Shown here: positions 1 to 6,595 of the stretch, piece by piece
How the letters are laid out: each line of letters starts with the position of its first letter
How positions within the stretch are numbered: position 1 is the stretch's first letter
Source of the DNA: a virus
Taxonomy: Duplodnaviria; Caudoviricetes
IMG/VR virus record: IMGVR_UViG_3300020044_006480
Location: 1-42,423 of that record
Strand: one strand, 5' to 3'
Length of the DNA stretch: 42,423 bases
The notes under the pieces: generated by a model
Seen by the model: the letters and a program-made list of their open reading frames with translations, nothing else
Told to the model about the DNA's origin: nothing
Databases searched by the model: none
Translations under genes and position numbers: made by a program

Positions 1-121
1 CCAGCAGATCGGCGAGAAATTCGGGATCAGCCGCGAGCGGGTTCGCCAAGTTCTTCGCGCTCGTACAAACATCCTTGCCGGTGAAGGTGGCGGCGCTCTG
101 GTGGCTAGACGCAAGAGGCAG
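1..121 (+). repeat. Terminal overlap copy 1 (circularisation overlap)
   Basis: Bases 1-121 are identical to 42303-42423, and an ORF reads in frame across the join. Confidence 0.97.
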
Positions 122-757
122 GACCGGGCATCCAAGCGTGATCAAGAAACGATGGCCCGTCTCGGCTGCGGATGGGAAGAGTACAAGGCAATTCGACAGA
201 TCGGGCGCGATCTGCTGAGCAAAGGTGTATCGCGAGAGCGGACACCAATGGGTGCATTCATCTCGCAGCGTACAAACGCTGCAAGTCGAGGCATCGGCTG
301 GGACCTCAACTTTTGGCAGTGGTGGCAGATCTGGGAGCGGTCTGGTCGCTGGAACGAGAGAGGTCGCGGCCACGGGTACATGATGTGCCGAGTCGCAGAC
401 ACCGGCAGCTACACCGTTGGCAATGTGTACATCGCGACGGGCATCCATAACGCCAAGGTGCAGCCGAATAACCCGTACCGCCTCGGTCATCCGGACCATG
501 AAGAGGCGATGAAGCGAGTTCGTGAGAAGCAACGACAGACCTGGGCGAAGCGAGGTCGGCTGGGCCTGCATACGGTGAACTCCGGCTTGCCGAGAGGGGT
601 GACACGGCACAGGAGCGGACAATTTCAAGCGCAGATTACCGCTGACGGGCGCACCAAGTATCTCGGGTCATTCAAGACCGTAGACGAGGCGGCCGAAGCG
701 TATCGGCGTGCCGCAGAGGAGAGGGCCGCTGCCGCTCTTCGAGCGGAGGCCGCATGA
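1..757 (+). CDS. 3' part of a 380-aa multi-HTH / HNH-like / AP2 protein that starts at 41917 and crosses the circular junction
   Basis: In frame with ATG 41917; contains MMCRVADTGSYTVGNVYIATGIHN (HNH-like) and LPRGVTRHRSGQFQAQITADGRTKYLGSFKTVDEAAEAY (AP2-like). Confidence 0.85.
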   Translation, partial: QQIGEKFGISRERVRQVLRARTNILAGEGGGALVARRKRQDRASKRDQETMARLGCGWEEYKAIRQIGRDLLSKGVSRERTPMGAFISQRTNAASRGIGWDLNFWQWWQIWERSGRWNERGRGHGYMMCRVADTGSYTVGNVYIATGIHNAKVQPNNPYRLGHPDHEEAMKRVREKQRQTWAKRGRLGLHTVNSGLPRGVTRHRSGQFQAQITADGRTKYLGSFKTVDEAAEAYRRAAEERAAAALRAEAA

Positions 758-918
758 CCTCTCCCCGCTTCTGCGACACCTGCCGCCACTGGCAATCCCG
801 CGAGATCCACACGGGCGAGTGCCGTCGCTATCCCCCGTCCGGCTTCAACACCTTCCCGACAACCCAACGCAACGCCTGGTGCGGAGAGCATCGGACGCTG
901 CAGGAGAGCGAGGCGTAG
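754..918 (+). CDS. Small Cys-rich protein (54 aa, MTSPRFCDTCRHW...CRRYPP...WCGEH), probably metal-binding
   Basis: Translated by hand; ATGA overlap with upstream stop, GGAGG RBS, CxxC...C...WC pattern. Confidence 0.75.
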   Translation: MTSPRFCDTCRHWQSREIHTGECRRYPPSGFNTFPTTQRNAWCGEHRTLQESEA

Positions 919-1293
919 ATGGTCCACTCAATTCGCCTTCGTAGTGTCCGCTGGTTTCAGCGCGTTCTCGCCGATGTTTCCGAGCATGTCGCGGAGTATC
1001 TGCGCCGTCACGAGGCTCATTCGCAGACGGCCGACGACCTCAACGGTAAGCGGCCCGGCGCCATCCTGCGTGCTGGTAGCGAGCGAGACGTAAACGACAC
1101 CGTTCATGGCTCGGTACTCGGTAACGGCATCTACGAATACGATCGGAGCCTGATCGCTTCGCAACGCGATTTCATCATTGCCAATCCGTACGGTGTTGGT
1201 CTCGCGGCTCATAACCATCCCTCCCTGCACGAACTGAATGCTCGCGCGTACGCAAGCACTCGCAGGCTTGGCTTGCCTGGGGATGCCGCATGA
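919..1293 (+). CDS. Possible coupled ORF antisense to 928-1212 (may be non-functional)
   Basis: Starts directly after TAG 916-918 and ends GCCGCATGA overlapping the next start; protein has no recognisable features. Confidence 0.35.
   Translation: MVHSIRLRSVRWFQRVLADVSEHVAEYLRRHEAHSQTADDLNGKRPGAILRAGSERDVNDTVHGSVLGNGIYEYDRSLIASQRDFIIANPYGVGLAAHNHPSLHELNARAYASTRRLGLPGDAA
928..1212 (-). CDS. Counter-oriented hypothetical protein (moron; beta-rich then helix, DUF3467-like appearance)
   Basis: GGGAGGG RBS 6 nt before ATG 1212; globular-looking sequence PIVFVDAV...GVVYVSL...VVGRLRMSLVTAQILRDML. Confidence 0.7.
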   Translation of the reverse strand: MSRETNTVRIGNDEIALRSDQAPIVFVDAVTEYRAMNGVVYVSLATSTQDGAGPLTVEVVGRLRMSLVTAQILRDMLGNIGENALKPADTTKAN

Positions 1294-1460
1294 TCCCCGT
1301 CCCCATTGATCAGCGCCACGACGTAGCCCGCAAGCTTCTGAGCGAGGGCAAGGGCTGGGAAGACGTCTGCGCCAAGCTTTTTGGCAAGACGGACGGCCAC
1401 ACGATATCGGCCACGCGCACGATCATTCGCGAGCTGCAGCAAGAGCAGGGCGGCAGGTAG
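1290..1460 (+). CDS. Hypothetical protein, 56 aa (MIPVPIDQRHDVARKLLSEGKGWEDVCAKL..., HTH-like)
   Basis: Hand translation; ATGA coupling; its stop abuts the next ATG. Confidence 0.65.
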   Translation: MIPVPIDQRHDVARKLLSEGKGWEDVCAKLFGKTDGHTISATRTIIRELQQEQGGR

Positions 1461-1661
1461 ATGGCCCGTCCCGCGAAACTCAAGTCTGAACCGCTGCAGC
1501 TCATCACGGCGAGCGAGTGGAACGCCGCGGTCGTCATGATCGACGCAGGCAAGTCCGACTCCGCAATCGCCGCGAACCTGAGCGCCCAACGCCCGCACGG
1601 CAGCCGCCGTGTCGCTCTGGAGCAGATTGCCACCATCCGTTCCGACGTCACCGGAGGCTGA
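1461..1661 (+). CDS. Hypothetical protein
   Basis: ORF track; tightly packed operon. Confidence 0.65.
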   Translation: MARPAKLKSEPLQLITASEWNAAVVMIDAGKSDSAIAANLSAQRPHGSRRVALEQIATIRSDVTGG

Positions 1662-1664
1662 GAC

Positions 1665-1955
1665 ATGGGCAAGAAGGCTGACAAGACCGAGAAAGAGCCG
1701 CGGATAAAGATCGCCGACGATCCTGCGCGCCTGAGCGCCGCGGCTCGTCGAGCTTTTGACGCGTTGGCTGGGCGGCGTCTGTGCCGGCAGTTCGTCCACG
1801 ACGAGCGTTTCGCTGGCGCCGCCTACTGGATCGAGCCGACCGGGCGTGGCGTCGACCGTGCAGCGGCCGAGGAGCTGATCCGGAAGGGCCGCGTCCGTCC
1901 GGCTACCGACAGCCTCTTCGCCGACATCGCGCAATCGTTCGAAGTCTGCGCCTAG
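1665..1955 (+). CDS. Hypothetical protein
   Basis: GGAGG RBS; ends ...DSLFADIAQSFEV. Confidence 0.75.
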   Translation: MGKKADKTEKEPRIKIADDPARLSAAARRAFDALAGRRLCRQFVHDERFAGAAYWIEPTGRGVDRAAAEELIRKGRVRPATDSLFADIAQSFEVCA

Positions 1956-1974
1956 ATGCCCCTCATCACCCCAT

Positions 1975-2048
1975 CCAGCGTGCCGTCCTCCTCCCAGGCT
2001 CGCTGGCACTGCGGAGACGATCGAGACCTCCCGCTTGGTCGTCTCCGC
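1975..2048 (+). ncRNA. Cuckoo/alpha-r14-like two-hairpin RNA with anti-Shine-Dalgarno loops
   Basis: Hairpin 1 CCAGCG-GCC/GGC-CGCTGG with CCTCCTCCC (1987-1995) in the loop; hairpin 2 is a 15-bp stem 2011-2025/2034-2048 with G.U pairs and loop ACCTCCCG. Confidence 0.7.
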
Positions 2049-2121
2049 TATTCTCCTGATCCGCTTCTCGTTCTGCCGCTGCCCGTACAGGCGCGCTGCG
2101 AGATAGCTGTCTCCGAATTCC

Positions 2122-2186
2122 GATCGGCCGCCCTTGCCGGGGCAGGCCTGATCGCTGGCGCTGTCCTTGCCGGGACGTATCGCGCC
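2122..2186 (+). promoter_or_regulatory. Twin hairpins with identical apical sequence CCTTGCCGGG
   Basis: CCTTGCCGGG at 2132-2141 and 2165-2174, each capping a different stem. Confidence 0.4.
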
Positions 2187-2299
2187 GTTGGTGCCCGTGT
2201 TCAGCGGGTCTTTGCCTTCAAAGAGTTCGGCCTGTCGGTCGTCTCGGACGTGCTTGGTCGTGCTCTCCATGCCCTCAGATTGGCACCGGAGATCGCGCC

Positions 2300-2740
2300 A
2301 TGTCCGACAAGACATTTTCCGCAGGCGGAAAGTTTCGTTCCGCGAGAAGTGAAATGAACATCACCGCCGATAACGACGCAGAAGCCCTCCGAGAGGCTTG
2401 CGAGTGGCTGGAAAAGCTGACTCTCGCAGAGTTTCGCGGACGAGGGGACACCGTTGGCGCTGCCCGCGCCCGTGTCGCGAAGCAGATCGGCGTGAAGACC
2501 TCCTACGCAAACCGCCTTTGGAACCGGGTCTCCGAGATGACCGGGATTGCCGGCGGAACCTACCGCGCTCTGCAGCGCGCCTACGACGCCCAATGCGAAC
2601 GCAACGAAGCAATGGCTGCCTACCACAGGCAGCGGAGAGAGGAGCTTGCCGATGGTGGTCCGACTGACCCGCAGCGCATGGCAGAGATTCACGGAGTGGC
2701 TGGCCTTCCTCAGCAGCAGTCGGCGCCGTCGCCGCACTGA
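2300..2740 (+). CDS. CII-like HTH regulator (alternative start 2354)
   Basis: GGAG RBS; HTH-like ARARVAKQIGVKTSYANRLWNR; position in the early right operon. Confidence 0.6.
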   Translation: MSDKTFSAGGKFRSARSEMNITADNDAEALREACEWLEKLTLAEFRGRGDTVGAARARVAKQIGVKTSYANRLWNRVSEMTGIAGGTYRALQRAYDAQCERNEAMAAYHRQRREELADGGPTDPQRMAEIHGVAGLPQQQSAPSPH

Positions 2741-2777
2741 CCCCGGTCGCTTCACCGAAAACGACGAGGAGTTCTGA
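2652..2777 (+). CDS. Small overlapping peptide MVVRLTRSAWQRFTEWLAFL...
   Basis: GAGGAG RBS; TGATG coupling to the next gene. Confidence 0.45.
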   Translation: MVVRLTRSAWQRFTEWLAFLSSSRRRRRTDPGRFTENDEEF

Positions 2778-3136
2778 TGCCGAAGAAGGCCGCACCCTAC
2801 ACCGAGAACGAAAAGCGCCTGATCTTCGAAGCCGCGGTCGAAGGCCTTGGCATCGGCGACACGCAGGCTCTCCTCAAGCGTCACGGCCACCGTCGCACAT
2901 GGTCGGCCGTAAAGGGCCATGACGAGCGCGCGAGGGGCATGCGGGTACGAGCCCGGCAGCTTGAGCAGGAAGCGCGTGAGGCAGCCCGTCAGGCGGCACA
3001 GGCTCGCCTCGAAGGGCAGGCCGGCATCATTCGCTTCAAGGGCTACAACAACGGCGGACAGCCCTTCTACGTGTCCTTGCCGGCGGTGAGCATTCAGGCC
3101 GGCTGGAACGCGCGCCAAGAGGACATCACGTGGTGA
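2777..3136 (+). CDS. Hypothetical protein (N-terminal HTH-like region)
   Basis: GAGGAG RBS; coupled at both ends. Confidence 0.7.
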   Translation: MPKKAAPYTENEKRLIFEAAVEGLGIGDTQALLKRHGHRRTWSAVKGHDERARGMRVRARQLEQEAREAARQAAQARLEGQAGIIRFKGYNNGGQPFYVSLPAVSIQAGWNARQEDITW

Positions 3137-3510
3137 TCGGTGCCGTCACAGTCGGATGGCCCGACAAGGTTCTCTTGCCCAACTCAAGATCGCACTGGGC
3201 GCCGAAGGCCAAGGCCGCGAAGAAGGCCCGCATGGACGCCGCATGGGCCACCCGTGTCGCCGGGTTCTTGCCGGTAAAGGCCGATGCCCTCCGCATCACC
3301 TGCGTGTTCTTCCCGCCAGACAAGCGTCACCGCGACGTGGACGGCATGCTGTCGAGCCTGAAACCGGCTCTGGACGGCATCTCCGACGCGATCGGCATCG
3401 ACGACAGCAAATGGCAGATCGCCTTGCGTCGTGAGGCTCCCCAGCCTCCGCACGGCTCTGTCCGAATTGAGATCGAAGCGGCCGACGCCGCGCAACCCAA
3501 CGGAGCATGA
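3133..3510 (+). CDS. rusA: RusA-like Holliday junction resolvase
   Basis: PPDKRHRDVDGML..KPALDGISDAIGIDDS catalytic Asp pattern. Confidence 0.85.
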   Translation: MIGAVTVGWPDKVLLPNSRSHWAPKAKAAKKARMDAAWATRVAGFLPVKADALRITCVFFPPDKRHRDVDGMLSSLKPALDGISDAIGIDDSKWQIALRREAPQPPHGSVRIEIEAADAAQPNGA

Positions 3511-3785
3511 CCATGGACACGCAAGACAGCACACCCGCGACCGACGACGGCCAGCTGCGCAGCTTGGTCGAGCGGATCGAGTTCATCGAACGCGAGATCA
3601 AGGAAAAGCAGGAGGACCGGAAGGACGTCTACGCCGAGGCGAAGGGCCTGGGGTTCGATCCGGCCATCATCCGCCTCGTCGTCAAGGACCGCGCGGCCGA
3701 TCCGAACGACCTGAGCGAGCGCGAGGCTCTGCTGGAAACCTACAAGCGTGCGATCGGCATGGCCTCTGCGGAGGTGTCGTTCTGA
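3507..3785 (+). CDS. gapR: GapR-like DUF2312 DNA-binding protein
   Basis: QLRSLVERIE..E.EIKE..EDRKDVYAEAKGLGFD...IR..V..R...EALLETYKRAIGM family signature. Confidence 0.88.
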   Translation: MTMDTQDSTPATDDGQLRSLVERIEFIEREIKEKQEDRKDVYAEAKGLGFDPAIIRLVVKDRAADPNDLSEREALLETYKRAIGMASAEVSF

Positions 3786-4138
3786 TGGCCGAGCCGAAAG
3801 CGACCCGCCTGCCCGAAGACTGGCGTCCGACCCCTGATCTCATGGATTACGCTCGCGAAGTCGGCGTGATCGATCCGCACCGCATGGCCGAGGACTTCAC
3901 CGACTACTGGCTGTCCAAGGCTGGCAAAGACGCTCGCAAGACCGACTGGTCGCGCACATGGAAGACATGGGCGCGCCGTGAAGGCGACAAATGCCGAGAG
4001 AAGGCCGCACGCGAGGCCCGATATGCTCGCCCGTCCATCTCCTACCAACGCAACCTCGACAGCGCCCACGACGAAATGCGCGCAACTCTCTTCGGACAGG
4101 AAGAGGAGACGGTCTATGTCGGCCATCGCCACCACTGA
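3785..4138 (+). CDS. Short replication protein with DnaT-like C-terminal domain
   Basis: RLPEDWRP...F.DYW......KTDWSRTWKTW motif of phage initiator C-domains; TGATG coupling. Confidence 0.75.
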   Translation: MAEPKATRLPEDWRPTPDLMDYAREVGVIDPHRMAEDFTDYWLSKAGKDARKTDWSRTWKTWARREGDKCREKAAREARYARPSISYQRNLDSAHDEMRATLFGQEEETVYVGHRHH

Positions 4139-4550
4139 TGCCCGCTCGCTCAAGCCAGCGACGGACGCCGAGATATTCGACGCTCTGGAGCCCATGTTCC
4201 TCGGCTTCGGCCGTGACGCTCGCGAGCTGGGCCAGAAGCGGGTCGCCCTCTACGTGGATGCAGCCCGCGGCGAGCCCCTATGGGCGGTGAAGGAGACCAG
4301 CCGCGCCATCGCAACGGGCAGGGCAGGCGTCAAGGACATCGCCCGCATGCCTCACCCGCCGGAGTGGGGCGACCTCGTCCGCAAGGCATCCCAGCCGATC
4401 CGTGACGCCCGCCTTCGTGAGGAGCGCCTAGCCAACGAGCGGGCACGCCTGCGCCAGGAAGAGGCGGACGCGAAGGCCGGCAAGTTCGTGGAGCCGGGGA
4501 AGTTCATGCAGCTCGCCGCGAGACTGCGTGGTGCGGGGAAGTCGCTATGA
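4116..4550 (+). CDS. Putative helicase loader/inhibitor (lambda P position)
   Basis: GAGGAG RBS; LYVDA..GEPLWAV...MPHPPEW helical motif; follows the initiator. Confidence 0.55.
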   Translation: MSAIATTDARSLKPATDAEIFDALEPMFLGFGRDARELGQKRVALYVDAARGEPLWAVKETSRAIATGRAGVKDIARMPHPPEWGDLVRKASQPIRDARLREERLANERARLRQEEADAKAGKFVEPGKFMQLAARLRGAGKSL

Positions 4551-5098
4551 CCCTCTCCATCCGCGACATCCCGAAAGAGGAGCTGCTGCGGGCTCCAAGG
4601 ATATTTGTCAAGAACGCCGCTGGCGTCGGTGTCCGCTCCTACGACCCGAAGTGGATCGCGAACAGGCTTCGCGAGATCCAAGTCGAGTTCCCGAAGACCA
4701 AGGTCAAGTCCGAGCGCGAGCGCTTAGACGCCGACCTGATCCGCGCGGAGAAGGAGGCCGAGGAACGGTTCCTGGCCGAGATGGACGCGATCCACGGGGC
4801 CTACGAACAGCGCTTCGTGAATCGATCGAACCGCATCATCCTCGACGTCCTCAAGGCGCACCCGACCGTTAGCCGTCGCTTGCTCGTTGGCCCACATCGG
4901 TTCGTCTACATCATCGACGCCCGCAAGCACGCCGCCTACGAGCTGCGCCGCATCCTCGGCTGGAGCTATCCGCAGATCGCCAAGAAGCTTGGCCGGGCCG
5001 ACCACACCACGGCGATCAACCTCGTCGAGAAGTGGCCTGCCCGTGCGGCCCAACTTGGCATCCCCGTCATCCCCATCGAAAAGAAGGAGGCCGCGTAA
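4547..5098 (+). CDS. DnaA C-terminal (domain IV)-like HTH protein
   Basis: R...IIDARKHAAYELRR..GWSYPQIAKKLGRADHTTAIN. Confidence 0.8.
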   Translation: MTLSIRDIPKEELLRAPRIFVKNAAGVGVRSYDPKWIANRLREIQVEFPKTKVKSERERLDADLIRAEKEAEERFLAEMDAIHGAYEQRFVNRSNRIILDVLKAHPTVSRRLLVGPHRFVYIIDARKHAAYELRRILGWSYPQIAKKLGRADHTTAINLVEKWPARAAQLGIPVIPIEKKEAA

Positions 5099-5373
5099 TG
5101 GCCGAGTACGACGACACCAATCGCGGCGTCCTGTTTAAGAACGATCGCAAGCAGACCGATAAGCACCCCGATTACACGGGAAAGCTGAACGTCGACGGCC
5201 AGGATTTCTTCCTCGATGCGTGGATCAAGAAGGGCGCCAAGGGCACTTTCATGAGCGTGTCCGTGAAGCGCAAGGACAAGCAGGGCGCGGCATCCACCGG
5301 CCAGTCCTACGGCGATGCGAGGGCTGGCAACCGCCAGACGTCCGCCGACCTCGACGACGACCTACCGTTTTAG
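5098..5373 (+). CDS. Single-stranded DNA-binding protein-like (short OB/DUF736-like)
   Basis: LFKNDRK..DKHPDYTG motif and acidic DLDDDLPF tail. Confidence 0.75.
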   Translation: MAEYDDTNRGVLFKNDRKQTDKHPDYTGKLNVDGQDFFLDAWIKKGAKGTFMSVSVKRKDKQGAASTGQSYGDARAGNRQTSADLDDDLPF

Positions 5374-5391
5374 GCCGGGAGGGGATCGATC

Positions 5392-6024
5392 TTGGCCTCC
5401 AAAGCCTCCAAGCGCGCAGCCCGTCGCCGTGCAGCATCCTCCCGAGCCGAAGGCGCAAACGACAACAGGGGAGGGCGTCCGCGTAAAGGCGATGTCGTCC
5501 GCTATCCCAATGGCCGCATCGACTACTCCGCAACCGAGAAGGCGCCGCAGATCATGGCAACTGTCAAAGCGGCACGGGAACGGCACTACGGCAGACCAGA
5601 CCAAGGCCAAGAGATGGGTTACGCCCTCGGCCGCCTCTATCTCTCAGGCAAGCTCGACAAGAACGCCGATCGCGCTGCCCTGATGCTAGAGGCCGGCAAC
5701 CGCATGGGTCTCGACTACGAGCGCTATTACCGCCTCACCGGCATTCCCAGCCCGAACCCTCGCGCCATGGACATGACACGGGTCCGCGGGATTGGCGGCG
5801 ACACGGCAGCGACCGACGCGAAGGCTGCAGCCAACCGCATGATGGCAGTGGAACAAGCCCTCGGTTGCGTCGACACGCAGGGACGTCCCGTCATGGGCCT
5901 GACCAAGCGCCTCATCATCAAGGACGAGGACGCCGCCAACTGGACGCCGAGTATGGTCGGGCATCTGCGCAAAGGCTTGCTGGCACTGGTGGAAATGTAC
6001 GGCCTGACCACGCCGCAGAGTTGA
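5392..6024 (+). CDS. Putative late-gene regulator (Q-like position)
   Basis: Last early gene; followed by a TTGACA element and a terminator ahead of the terminase genes. Confidence 0.55.
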   Translation: MASKASKRAARRRAASSRAEGANDNRGGRPRKGDVVRYPNGRIDYSATEKAPQIMATVKAARERHYGRPDQGQEMGYALGRLYLSGKLDKNADRAALMLEAGNRMGLDYERYYRLTGIPSPNPRAMDMTRVRGIGGDTAATDAKAAANRMMAVEQALGCVDTQGRPVMGLTKRLIIKDEDAANWTPSMVGHLRKGLLALVEMYGLTTPQS

Positions 6025-6052
6025 CATCCGCCGGGGTTTCGTCATGTATGCG
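6021..6052 (+). promoter_or_regulatory. Putative late promoter (pR'-like)
   Basis: Perfect TTGACA at 6021-6026; -10 element uncertain (TG-TATGCG, non-ideal spacing). Confidence 0.45.
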
Positions 6053-6080
6053 TTAGGTGCGGAATTGCGCCGCAAGATCT

Positions 6081-6116
6081 AGGGTCGGGAGCGAAAGCCT
6101 CGGCCCTTTTGCGTTT
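6081..6116 (+). terminator. Intrinsic terminator (tR'-like)
   Basis: AGGGTCGGG..GC-GAAA-GC..CTCGGCCCT followed by TTTGCGTTT. Confidence 0.7.
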
Positions 6117-6352
6117 CTGGGCGGAGGCAAACCATCAACCGCAAGCGGATGCGGTCAGCCTGCGATGTCTGCCCGGACGGTGCCCTTCACCATGTAGCCG
6201 ACCGGAACAGGCCAAGCCCTTGTCTCCCGCAAGATGTGGCGGGCAAATCCAGGCATTCCGTAGAAAATTCATATCGCGAAGTGCCAACCCGCCCGCGAGC
6301 GGAGAGCATTTCTTTGCGCCAAGCCGACTTCAACGGCGGGAGCGACACAGTC

Positions 6353-6595
6353 ATGGCGTCCAGAGGCCGAGCCCCAAACTTCCGTATGACGGAAGAACAT
6401 CGGGCTAAAATCAAAAACAGCAGCATCCTCAATGCCTTGATCGAGCATGTCGAGGGCAGGCGGGATATGGCGCCTTCGCAGGTCACTGCAGGGCTCGGGC
6501 TTCTCAAGAAGGTATTGCCCGACCTCTCGCAAACCGAGCTGACCGGCGAGAACGGCGGGCCGGTCCAGACCAAGGTCACGCTTTCGTTTGACTGA
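6353..6595 (+). CDS. terS: Terminase small subunit
   Basis: GGGAG RBS; LLKKVLPDLSQTELTGENGGPV motif; overlaps the terL start. Confidence 0.75.
   Translation: MASRGRAPNFRMTEEHRAKIKNSSILNALIEHVEGRRDMAPSQVTAGLGLLKKVLPDLSQTELTGENGGPVQTKVTLSFD

Noticed and set aside
1209-2315. 368-aa minus-strand ORF
   Set aside because: Antisense shadow of several coupled plus-strand genes in high-GC DNA; no protein-like features
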